From the IMG/VR virus record IMGVR_UViG_3300023174_000061: DNA of 64,000 nucleotides; one strand, given 5' to 3'. Both the position numbers and the translations under genes were made by a program. Source of the DNA: a virus. Position 1 is the first letter of the stretch. Every line of letters begins with the position of its first letter. Under the pieces are notes generated by a model. It saw only the letters and a list, made by a program, of their open reading frames with translations, was not told the DNA's origin and ran no database searches. Below, one piece after another: positions 27,401 to 36,000 of this stretch.

Positions 27401-30400
27401 TTGGGAACAGATCTTTTGCCTCAAGTTTTATATGTAGATAAAATAAACGATAATCAATTTAAAGTATCTGGATTATCCACTTCTTTAAGTTTAGATATTA
27501 TAAATTATGGAATTGGAACTCATTCATTTACTTATCCTGAACCAAATTCAAGTACTTTAATTACTATTGATAACATAATCCAATCTCCACTATACAGAAG
27601 AGGTACTACATTATACCCAACAACATCAATTGGGACTGGGAATACAATATACTTATCTGGAATTTCATCATTAACATCTTTAGATGTTTTGATGATTGAT
27701 TCTGAATTAATGAAAGTCAGATCAATTGGTATTGGATCAACCAATAGTGTAACTGTTGATCGAGCATACTATGGTACAGTTGCGGTATCTCATACAGTTG
27801 GAGCAGGGATTACTGTGATGAGAGGTGATTTTAATATAGTTAAAGATACAATTTATTTTACCGATCCACCATACGGAAAAATAGGACAAGAAAGTTTACA
27901 AGTAAACTCATCATTCCAAGGAAGAATTTTCTCAAGAAGATTTGATCCAACAAATACCTCAGATAAAAATTTAATTATTGATGATATTTCTAAAGATTTT
28001 ACTGGAAAGACAGAATCAGTAGGAATTAAAACAGGAACTCTAAATTCTTCAAATAAAAGTATAATTAGTGGTATCATCACTTCTTCTTTAAGTTTAGGTG
28101 ATGTTTTGAATTTGCAATATACTGAAAATGAATATATTGTAAGAAATACAGTTATTCAATCCATAGGTGTTGGATCGATTACTATTGATCCAAATCATAA
28201 CGTAAATACTGGAATTGCCACAACAACATTCAACATAACAAGACTTAATCTTATACTAAAGTCGAATGGTGAAAATATATCTGGATTATATTCTGATACA
28301 AATAGTAGTACAGATATAAACAACAATCCATTTATATTATTAAATAATGTTTCACAAGTATCTGATAGTGATTTTATTATCGACACGGTAGGAAATAATA
28401 CTATTAAGTTTATAAGTGGTATTCCAAATGCTGGAAAAATTGTTAGAGTTGCAATTACTACTGGATATGGTTATCAACCACTCGTAGGTGCCTCTGCAAC
28501 GGTTTCTGTATCTGCTGCTGGGACAATATCAAATATTTACTTAACTGGTGCTGGAAGTGGTTATAGGATTGCACCAATAATTAGTGTTGCGTCTACAATT
28601 GGGAGTGGTGCTACGATTACTGCATCAATTGGTTCTGGTGGAACAATTACTTCACTAAGTATTACAAATCCAGGTTCTGGTTATACAACTGCTGCAAAAC
28701 CAACCATCAAAATACCAATTCCACCAAATTATAGTAATCTTGGTATTGCTTATACTAATGGTTCTAGTGGTGTTGGTGAAGGAGCAAAAGTTTCTGTAAT
28801 TGTTGGTAATGGTTCTAGTATTACTGGATTTACTTTGGAAGATCCTGGATATGGTTACAAGGTTGGTGAAGTATTAAAAGTTGTTGGTATTACTACAAAT
28901 CCATCAGTTGGAGCAGGATTTAGTGAATTTAGAATAACAATATTAGAAACATTTACAGATAAATTTAGTGGATTCTATCCAGGTCAATTTGTTAGAATTA
29001 ATAGTCTTGCACCATTTTTTACTGGAAAAAAACGTAAATTCTTATTAACTGTTACAACTCTTGGTATAACAGATACGTTTTCAGTAAAAGCAGATCCAAA
29101 TTCTGATTTAAAAACCGACAATAACTTCTTTATTTTTATAAATGATATTCTCCAAAAACCAGGAGAATCATATACAATAGTTGGATCTCAAATAATTTTT
29201 AGTGAAGCACCAAAAGCAAACTCAAAATGTTTGATTTTATATTATAGAGGATCAGACTTAGATGTAGATCAGGTAGATCCACCAAGAACAATCAAAGAAG
29301 GTGATTCAATTCAAATTGGAGAAAATATATTAGATCCATATGATAGAGAACAATTTGAACGTGTGGTTAAAAAAATTGTTTCATTTGATTCATTTGATAC
29401 ATTTCCTTATGATAGTCTTGGAATTAATACTGATTCAAAAAAAGCAAGACCTCTTAGATGGACAAAACAAACAAGAGATAGAATTATAAATGGTGTTTTA
29501 TATTCAAAAGGAAGACCAGATTTAAAATCAAAAAATACACCAACAACAAGAATTATCAAATCAATTGAAAAAACTGATACTACAATATATGTAAATAATG
29601 CCTTCCCATTATTTGTAGAAGATATCGGAAGAGGTTTAACAGAAGAACTAAGAGATGTTATTATTCTCGACAATAAAACAGTTGATTTTGCATCTGGAAC
29701 TGTTAATGTTTCTGCTGCATCGACTGTTTCAAGTATCACAATTACAAATTCTGGTTCTGGATATGAAGTTTCAAATCCAACAGTTGCAATTTCTTCTGCA
29801 TTTGTAACAAGAAAAGATCCAATTTATAATTGGAAAGTAACTTCTGGATTAACTACAAATTATGAAATAAAATCAGTCACTTATGGAAATATTTTTGTTG
29901 GTGTCGGAACAAGTAGTCTATTAGTTAAGAGTGTAGATGGCATTTCTTGGTCTAATAGTATTATTGGATATGGAAATACAATATCATTCAATTCTGTTGC
30001 ATTTGCGGGAACAAATACTTATGTTGCTGTAGGTCAAACTGGAAAAATTATAACGGCAACAGGTATTGGAACTACATTGTCTTCTTGGACAGAATTCAAA
30101 TTAATTAATAGGACCATTAATTTTATAAGTGATACCACACTAGACAAAATAAGCAATTATAATGGTGAATTTAAAGATATTTCATATTCTGAAACAAAAA
30201 ATACTTTTGTTGCTGTTGGTGCAATTGGAGTTGGGGCATCAATACCTATTTTTGTTTCCGTTGGTATTGGATCTACACAATTTTTTGAAAAAAATAAAAA
30301 TAACACAGTCAATTTAAATTCAATTACAAATAATAATACTATTTTTGTTGCAGTTGGTGAATCTGGAACAATTTATTACTCATCTGATATAGAAGATTGG

Positions 30401-31465
30401 AATTTAGTCAATGCTGCATCAAAACCCTCAAGTTTAACACAAAATTTAAATAAAGTCATATGGGATGGAACAAAATTTGTTTCAGTTGGGAATGATGGTG
30501 TAATCATAACTTCAGCAAATGGAGTAACTTGGTCTTTACAAAATACAAATATTACAAACAATTTAACAAATATAAACTATTATGATGGTGTTTATGCTGT
30601 ATTAGACAATAATGGGAATTTATATTATTCATTAGATTTATCGACTTGGGAAAAAAGATCAACAAATCAATCAAATGTAATTAGAGATTTAATTTTTGTT
30701 CCATCATTAAGTTATGAAGGAAGATATATTGCAGTTGGATCTGGAGCAACAGTTATATATTCAGAACCAGTTTACAATACGGCAACTGCAATATCTTCAT
30801 CTGCAAATGGTATTATAACTTCAGTAACAATTACAAATGGTGGGTTTGGTTATTTGCAATCAAATATTCCTCCTGTTATATTTGAAAGTCCAAAACCAAA
30901 TAGAGAAAAAGTCATTTCGATAAAAGCAAAAGGTGATTTTGGAACAATAGTTGGTGTTAATACAATAGGAATTGGTTTATCTTCTTTGGAATTTAAATTA
31001 AAATCAGAAACTTATGATAATACTAATCTTGGTATTGGTTATTCATCACTTAACGTATTTGGTATAACATATAGTCAATTGGAACAAGGTGATTATTTTG
31101 TAATTTTTGATAGTAATGTAACATCTGGATATGCACTAACAGGAATAACAACTACCACTGGAATTAAAGTTGGGACAGCAACTTCATTTATTGATGGTCT
31201 TTATAGAGTAGAAAATGTTTCCAATCCATCATCTGGAATAGTGACCGTAAGATGTGATTTTGTTTCTGTTCCCAATGGTGTAAATAAAGCAATAAATCTT
31301 GGAATTAATACAACTGGATTTTATGGAAGATACACTTGGAGTAAAATTTATGATTATCAAAATAGAGCAAGAGAAAATCCAAAAGACTTTATTGTAAATA
31401 CAAATAATGGATTAACTGGATTATCTACAGCAGCAGAAGTTTATAGAACTCGTGGTTTGATTTAG
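18479..31465 (+). CDS. gp7: Giant (4328 aa) baseplate wedge initiator gp7-like virion protein
   Basis: Lies between gp6 and gp8; FYISKGS...ILF, YQKFSYAIKS, IIHPAGF motifs; GWAYDGNPIFGPYG (YHYH-like) domain; many GxGY repeats. Confidence 0.8.
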   Translation: MSEIKRVKIQSIVESQIPEFLNDDSPLFKEFLEQYYISQEHQTGVVDLAVNLQQYKSIDNFNNETFYTTVGICTISSDITSFDDTIPVNHTIGFPQKYGLLKINDEIITYTGITTNSFTGCVRGFSGIDQHSNNESFVFSKTSSSSHTKAETVTNLNLLFFNEIFKKFKTQFLPGFEDRNFTTGLNLKNILSRAKDFYISKGSDTSYKILFSILFGKDIQVLKPQDYLLRPSDNNYLVTKNILVEQIVRDETFRVSDYDLRKQLKGKTIFESLLNGNTASAAVYNVEYRPLDDRDLYEISLDSTSFVFNFETTKKTNISEFVAEGASSIIVDSTVGFNKSGSLFIKTSNLSNPITLTYTDKTLTEFLGVSGIFADLNFGEELVEENFLYSYLDNGSKVEFRLINVIDTIDYSETSSLRVGDKIQLSSFGNDLNDRKEFNFWIYNLPTSHTIKSIVGNRIYFYDRLTFIIGDKFNLLNPSDENDSVLSATVKTYGSNSIGYYVDIEEVGLNISTKTEIKKIIKKANSALDYFPSIINLPTGVQNTYVDYNFENFYVTSSGLPNDVIYATDRKIKVTAESGITSILNCPNHNFYTGEKIYYVSSSNSGIKTSIYFLTSIDSDNISLSYSNTDLYTKNYIEFSNVGDEDYFVKLNYQNKTLEHQKLFKKLNLIKKEQFFDDPEKRKTINKKIGILADGVEIFSTTVFQDNIYYGKLDFVNINASGQGYDVINFSGISVEDNSGSGAIVNGCITGSLNEVKLLSPGIGYQSKPKIILTGGNGSGAVLESNLVKTRITSNFKASSIYSNNINFSQNHNFDNSEEVFYNKNSNTSISPLIDGASYFVGVTSTTQIKLYKTKNDSISGINTISISGIGYSGVHSFKTVNSKNTITKIYVKNGGSGYSNRFVSVPSRLSVDNQTNGINTFDDYIFAKNHNFKNEDLVLYTTTDTKISGISTQTNYYVTVVNENKFKLSIAGVSTNISRENYLNKKYISFDSVGVGTHKFSYPPIEISVEAISGITTTIVEPSLNPIVLGSFDNIFVENDGTNYGTPDIINFHRKPLVSVSKQTSDALLKPVISDGLIVDVQILNAGKGYTNDIDIVITSKTGKYAELFPTIVDGKITQILVTNSGINYDEKNTELTIEKRGSNATFEGNVFEWKINQIEKNKSIINSNDEGIITPSDNIDFGLQFVNYYPSKKLRKNLNNFIDIEGKENPPTAATNPYQILGWAYDGNPIFGPYGKVNGEIKKLNSSYNKFNDPEITALINSNLRPNFRSGFFVDDFYFDRSTSNGDLDEYNGMFVNNPDFPNINYGYFLSIDGEGNPQYPYLIGSYFKDLPITENFEPSFNQELNFNDFDIVRNTGPYYLNSAYASYDLINKVESKYKQEFVVKQIQSSGINSISIYNSGQGYTPGDNIIFDNSTSGGTGLSAAISRVKGKGISNIQIGVSTFSGVTFITKGTRVKGITGIPHNLITNDEILVTSISSSPYNYIQGFKKISVNQKSVSLINNIPNQSTTGVTTYIIVNDVSGFEVDNLIKIDTETLRVIDISSSESKLFVNRYENYTGIHTAGISSVVLLPNTFTFNSPQYDDTIIENKTTYFNPSNTIGIQTSGTNYYKSIGIKTDFGTFNAGITSYIGINTTALQIGDYVSGTNVSAGTTVVSIGIGSIQILPNHTLGGGISTSLVTFNRSIYDKFVPSRSIYIQNHKYYTGQSLTYNVGLNGNGIVVSNTGTGSTFRLSQNQTVYAVNFGNDYVGLSTLGFTTITGIGSTSNSLYFSSSPNTGLAHSLTTQYSKITGTFENYSVTVSTAQTHGLQTNDKIKFNVFPSFSNTIKLRYDTILRKITTDKIDFSASSVGVNTQTNEITITGNKLKTGDKIVYYTNGNTVIGGLTNNNTYYILKQDPDKIKLSSYLYDTTVGTCISFTTVGTSNHSIALINPPISLTKGDVLTFDLSDGTVSGMDLRLYKDPNFVKEIENFKYISNNTRELNTQTTDVSNELYYNLIPLTVSSAELFQISYDKEVVGNNRIKIVPSTFNNEYPIIGIGSTEFKFNLNTKPENTLYTTSSGVSTIFYDTNSTNTSGSISKIKVNFGGKRYTKLPKISSIETISGKNAILRSSSFTIGKVSQLERVKDGFNYPTDGTLKPFLSSPAIVQIKDISRINYIGITTGGRGYNTAPSLKVIGNDKIKLSAELQSGSIIGVKVVENTNDLTTPLKIVPINNSNGYEIDDIVATNNGSTVTLELLNDTQLYPLITTGYGKTETIFPFAIGDEIFIEKCRQQDKTKDNFNSKDYGYKFFTVTGISSENFTVTFSMTGLTGKNGSVLSLNQDNLEGNYINTYGYGVAINRKDMPEFEMILIDDLSYISGEKVTGVDNSGNLVFSATVMENGWDNDINQLRLIDAKGELEVGNKLKGEKSLLNGTVEFTNKFNLKSTLGATRDKINDAGNEVGFLNNYQQRISDNSYYQKFSYAIKSEVSYDIWKEPVRSIIHPAGFKEFSDLDVISIALSTATKNLKVGIANSTLNLLINLDDVSSFYTRNNLSLVTEDEESLFEDGSIERVNIGAEKANVAGIGVTGPIFGLTLKPYTLSKTNKVLMIDDISTQFDGSNEYISIGTTTATFNSLYPYYINLTTTSLSVGDYVGFSTLLIPDSTVIAEIGVGSVRLNLPHRLNHGTQSSDVKIRRRLAGNSVVGTKSFKLTSKGTSLFYREFVSSASTIINIDNNIINLTNHNFQTGQKISYSSINPITAVSQTKIGIGTTSLVETQFATKDYGGGIIMGIGGGIGSAIFENGYNVAISTTITGIGTTVPNISNKIYGFGNPIPADTVSGIGTGATFEVWITYDGSATGNPISTSIVLKDGGRGYGIGNTVSIAGTYLGGANPTHTLSFKVSKVSSTAIVSAANSTYTGIAGTTTVGIGSSAKFNISRDSLGKISSVQIVNGGRYYSIGNKSDGSLTDIISIAGTSIGGSTPADNLYLSPTLLGTDLLPQVLYVDKINDNQFKVSGLSTSLSLDIINYGIGTHSFTYPEPNSSTLITIDNIIQSPLYRRGTTLYPTTSIGTGNTIYLSGISSLTSLDVLMIDSELMKVRSIGIGSTNSVTVDRAYYGTVAVSHTVGAGITVMRGDFNIVKDTIYFTDPPYGKIGQESLQVNSSFQGRIFSRRFDPTNTSDKNLIIDDISKDFTGKTESVGIKTGTLNSSNKSIISGIITSSLSLGDVLNLQYTENEYIVRNTVIQSIGVGSITIDPNHNVNTGIATTTFNITRLNLILKSNGENISGLYSDTNSSTDINNNPFILLNNVSQVSDSDFIIDTVGNNTIKFISGIPNAGKIVRVAITTGYGYQPLVGASATVSVSAAGTISNIYLTGAGSGYRIAPIISVASTIGSGATITASIGSGGTITSLSITNPGSGYTTAAKPTIKIPIPPNYSNLGIAYTNGSSGVGEGAKVSVIVGNGSSITGFTLEDPGYGYKVGEVLKVVGITTNPSVGAGFSEFRITILETFTDKFSGFYPGQFVRINSLAPFFTGKKRKFLLTVTTLGITDTFSVKADPNSDLKTDNNFFIFINDILQKPGESYTIVGSQIIFSEAPKANSKCLILYYRGSDLDVDQVDPPRTIKEGDSIQIGENILDPYDREQFERVVKKIVSFDSFDTFPYDSLGINTDSKKARPLRWTKQTRDRIINGVLYSKGRPDLKSKNTPTTRIIKSIEKTDTTIYVNNAFPLFVEDIGRGLTEELRDVIILDNKTVDFASGTVNVSAASTVSSITITNSGSGYEVSNPTVAISSAFVTRKDPIYNWKVTSGLTTNYEIKSVTYGNIFVGVGTSSLLVKSVDGISWSNSIIGYGNTISFNSVAFAGTNTYVAVGQTGKIITATGIGTTLSSWTEFKLINRTINFISDTTLDKISNYNGEFKDISYSETKNTFVAVGAIGVGASIPIFVSVGIGSTQFFEKNKNNTVNLNSITNNNTIFVAVGESGTIYYSSDIEDWNLVNAASKPSSLTQNLNKVIWDGTKFVSVGNDGVIITSANGVTWSLQNTNITNNLTNINYYDGVYAVLDNNGNLYYSLDLSTWEKRSTNQSNVIRDLIFVPSLSYEGRYIAVGSGATVIYSEPVYNTATAISSSANGIITSVTITNGGFGYLQSNIPPVIFESPKPNREKVISIKAKGDFGTIVGVNTIGIGLSSLEFKLKSETYDNTNLGIGYSSLNVFGITYSQLEQGDYFVIFDSNVTSGYALTGITTTTGIKVGTATSFIDGLYRVENVSNPSSGIVTVRCDFVSVPNGVNKAINLGINTTGFYGRYTWSKIYDYQNRARENPKDFIVNTNNGLTGLSTAAEVYRTRGLI

Positions 31466-31495
31466 TAATAAATAGAAAAAAGGTATACGATAAAA

Positions 31496-33052
31496 ATGTC
31501 TGCAATTATATCAGATCAATTTAGAATAATGAATGCTGAGACTTTTACAAAAAGTCTTATTGGTGTTGGAGATACGACAAATACTTATTATACTTTTATA
31601 GGGCAACCAAATGCTTTGAATTCTCAAGCAAATGGTTCATCGTCTTGGGGTGAAGGATTGCCTCCATTAGATGGATTTAAAGAAGAAAGTGAAATAAAGG
31701 AAACTATCATTTCTATGAAAAAAGTCACCACAAGTGATGTGAGAAGAATGGTAAGAAAAAAAACTTGGGAAAGTGGCTCTACTTATGAAATGTATAGGCA
31801 TGATTATACGATTTATAATTTATCCCCAGTTACAAATTCCTCATCATTATATGATGCAAATTATTATGTGATTAATGATGATTTGAGAGTTTATATCTGT
31901 TTACAAAATGGTTCTGATCCAGAAAATCCAAAAGGAAAACCATCAGTAGATAAACCAGAATTTGTAGATTTGGAACCAAGACCAGCAGGAACAAGTGGTG
32001 ATGGTTATATTTGGAAATATCTTTATACTATCAAACCATCTGAAATTGTAAAATTTGATTCTATTGAATTTATTCCTGTTCCAGAAGATTGGGGAACAGT
32101 CGGAGAAAGCATTTCAATTAAAAATAATGCTATTAAAGGAAGAGTTCAAATTTTAACTATATTTAATAGAGGTTCTGGTTATGCTCCAATCTCAAAAACA
32201 TTTGCAAATATTCCAATTCTTGGTGATGGTACTGGAGGAAAAGCAACCGTTGTAGTTGATTCTTTTGGAAAAGTTTCGGATGCTTATGTGACTGATGGTG
32301 GAACTGGATATACAAACGGAATTATTCAATTTGAACCAGGGGCACCAGGAATTCCAGACGAATTAGTAAATACTGGGACAATTGCTAGTTTTAATATAAT
32401 TATTCCACCAAAGGGAGGTCATGGATATGATATTTACAGAGAACTTGGTGCTTATCGAGTTTTAATTTATTCTCGTTATAATACAGATGAGACAAATCCT
32501 GATACTATTATTGGAAATGATTTTGCTAGAATTGGAATTATTAAAAATCCAACAAAAATAACAAGTGAGGTTGAAGCATTAGATACTGCAGAAGTAAGTG
32601 CTTTAAATGCATTAAAATTGATTGGTGTTGCTACAACGTTAACTACATATGCAGTTGATTCGACAATTACCCAGACAATTAGTACTGGAACTACTGCAAT
32701 TGGATTTGTTGCCTCTTGGAACAATGTAACAGGTATTTTGAAGTATTATCAACCAGTTGGGCTAGCGACAGTTGGTGTTGGATATAAAATTAATAACTTT
32801 AGTTCTACTGGTTCATCTTTAATAATAAATGGTTCTGCTTCTGGAACACCATTGAGTATTGATACTTCTTTTACTGGTATTAGTACAGTAATAAATAATA
32901 AGACATATCAACTGGGAAGCAACTTTGTTGCTGGTATTGCATCTGCAGAATACAATAAAAAATCTGGTGAAATCATTTATATTGACAACAGACCACCAAT
33001 ACCAAGATCAGCAAGTCAAAAAGAAGATATTAAAATCGTTTTGGAGTTCTAA
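31496..33052 (+). CDS. gp8: Baseplate wedge subunit gp8
   Basis: MSAIISDQFRI, DGYIWKYLYTI, GEIIYIDNR...QKEDIKIVLEF. Confidence 0.92.
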   Translation: MSAIISDQFRIMNAETFTKSLIGVGDTTNTYYTFIGQPNALNSQANGSSSWGEGLPPLDGFKEESEIKETIISMKKVTTSDVRRMVRKKTWESGSTYEMYRHDYTIYNLSPVTNSSSLYDANYYVINDDLRVYICLQNGSDPENPKGKPSVDKPEFVDLEPRPAGTSGDGYIWKYLYTIKPSEIVKFDSIEFIPVPEDWGTVGESISIKNNAIKGRVQILTIFNRGSGYAPISKTFANIPILGDGTGGKATVVVDSFGKVSDAYVTDGGTGYTNGIIQFEPGAPGIPDELVNTGTIASFNIIIPPKGGHGYDIYRELGAYRVLIYSRYNTDETNPDTIIGNDFARIGIIKNPTKITSEVEALDTAEVSALNALKLIGVATTLTTYAVDSTITQTISTGTTAIGFVASWNNVTGILKYYQPVGLATVGVGYKINNFSSTGSSLIINGSASGTPLSIDTSFTGISTVINNKTYQLGSNFVAGIASAEYNKKSGEIIYIDNRPPIPRSASQKEDIKIVLEF

Positions 33053-33058
33053 AGAAAA

Positions 33059-36000
33059 ATGCCACAGAATACCAATTTAAACGTATCTCCATACTTTGAT
33101 GACTTTGATGAAACAAAGGGTTATCAAAGAGTTTTATTCAAACCAGGAACTCCAATTCAAGCAAGAGAATTAACATCTCTTCAATCAATTTTACAAAATC
33201 AAGTTGAAAAGTTTGGAAAACACTTCTTCAAAGAAGGTTCTATGGTCATTCCAGGTCAAATTGGATATGATTCAGAATATAGTTATGTGCAAATTGATGA
33301 TACACATTTGGGAATTAAAGTATCAACATACATTGATAAGTTTGTAGGTAAAAGTATAAAGGGGGAAACAAGTGGTGTTACTGCGGTAGTAGAGAATTAT
33401 ATTACAAATACAGAATCAGAAAAAAATAATTATACATTATATGTAAAGTATAAGAGTTCTAGTGATACAAATTTTACAAGTAAAACTTTTGTTGACGGTG
33501 AAAATCTAATTTCATTAGAAGATATAGATTATACCCTATCTTCAATTAGAGCAAATACATCTTTTGCAACTTCTATTATTTCTGGTTCTGTTGGTAAAGG
33601 GTCAGCAGCAAAAATTGAAGAAGGTGTATATTTTGTTCGTGGATTCTTTATTACTGTTCCCAAGCAAGTAGCAATTTTAGATCAATATACAAATACTCCA
33701 ACTTATCGTGTTGGTCTTTTGATTGATGAAGAAATTGCAGTAGCATCAAATAATTATAATGATTTGTTTGATAATGCTCAAGGATTTTCAAATTATGCTG
33801 CTCCAGGTGCTGATAGATTAAAAATCTCTACAACTTTAATCAAAAAAGAAATTGATGATTTTAATGATCAAGATTTCGTAGAATTATTGCGAGTAGAAAA
33901 TGGTGGATTAACCAAATTTGTAGATAAAACTGATTACAATTTAATCAGAGATGAATTAGCAAGAAGAACTTATGATGAATCTGGTGATTATTATGTAAGA
34001 CCTTTTGATATTAATGTAAAGGAATCGTTAAATGATAGAATTGGAAATAATGGAATTTATTACTCAAGTCAAAAAACCAATCAAGGAAATACTCCATCAA
34101 AAGATCTTGCTTGTATTTCAATAAGTCCAGGAAAAGCTTATGTTCGTGGATATGAGATTGAAACAATTAGTAATACTATTGTAGATATAGAAAAACCAAG
34201 AACAACAGAACGAGCAGAAAATACATCAATTCCATTTAATGTTGGAAGACAAATATTATTAAATAATGTCTTTGGTTCTATTGCAGTCGGATTAACAACA
34301 CAAGTAAGTCTTTATAGTGATAGAACATCAACCGTTGGTGTTTCTTCTGGAACAAAAATCGGAGTTGCTAGACTTTACGACTTAAAATTAAAAAATGCAG
34401 CATATTCAAATGCTTCAACTCAATTTGAAAGTTCTTTTTATGATATTCAAACTTATACAACATTAACAATCAATACTGCTTTAACACAAACTGCTCCAGC
34501 ATATATTGAAGGAAAAAATAGTGGTGCTAAAGGTTATTTGGTTAGTGATGCATCATCATCTACGACTTTAACATTATATCAAGTTTCTGGTTCATTTATA
34601 ACAAACGAGCAAATTAAAATTAATGGTTTAGATATTTCTCGTACAATCACATCATTAAAAGATTATTCTTTATCTGATGTACATCAGATATATTCTTCTG
34701 GATTTACTGCTGATCCAATTTTATCAAAAAATCTATCAGTTGCAGAACCAGGAACTCAATTTACTATTACATCTGGTGGAACAGTAACAACTTCCAATCA
34801 AAACTTTTATGTGGGAATTAATGTAGGAGATATTGTATCATACACAAAACAAGGGGAAAGTGTACCTACTTATAACAAAGTTTCTGTTGTTAGTGGATCT
34901 TCAAAATCTTTAACTATTGTAGCAACGACTTCTGTTTCTGGTATTTGCTCTGGTGCTCTTCCAGGTTCAACAATTACTGTAAATGACTTCAAAGTAGTAT
35001 CTTTGGATGTTTTAAATACAAAAAATGCCTTTTTATATGCACGTTTAAATAACTCAAAAGTTTCAAATCTATATTTAACTGGTTCTGATGTAGTATTCAA
35101 AAAATCTTATACTATTACTGCTGGTGAATTTAGTGATGGTGCCTGGAGTGCGACATTAGAAACAGACACTTCATTAACATTTGAACCATTTGATGAAGAA
35201 GATTATAATTTAACTTTTGCTGATGGAACTATAGCAGTATTAGATAACCAAAAACTAGTTCCAAATGGAAGAACTATATCTATTCAAAATATTACTGTAA
35301 ATTCAGGTGCAGCAATATTAACTGTTACTCTCAAAAAAGTAAACACAAAAACTCGCAAAAAGACATATAATAGATGCTCTAGTTTAATAATTAACAAAAC
35401 TTCTTCTGGTATTTCTACAAATACAAGTGGTTTGACTGTTAGTAACATTTACGGTTTAAGAGTTGAAGATGATGAGATTTCATTAAATGTTCCAGATGTA
35501 GAGTCAGTTATTGGAATTTTTGAATCATCTTCATCTTCAACTCCAACATTACCATCAATTACATTAATTGGATTGAATTCAAATATTTTAAATTCAATTA
35601 AAGGTGAAAGAATAGTTGGTAAAGATACTGGAGCAGTTGCAAGTTTAGTATCAAATGATGGAACAAATACAGTAAAATTTGTTTATTTGAATGAAAATAG
35701 TTTTTCTATTGGTGAAACTGTTACTTTTGAAGAATCTCAAATTTCTGGAATTGTAGATTCAGTTGAAGTTGGTGATAAAAATATTAGAACTAACTTTATT
35801 TTGGATGAAGGACAAAGATCAGAATATCTTGATTTTTCAAGAATTGTAAGAAAATCACAAATTGTTGCACCAACAAAGCAGATTACAATTATTTACAATA
35901 ATTATACAATAGATTCATCCGATACTGGTGATTTTGTTGGAGTAAATTCCTATGATAAAGATAGGTATGGAGATGATATATCATCTGTTGATGGAATATC

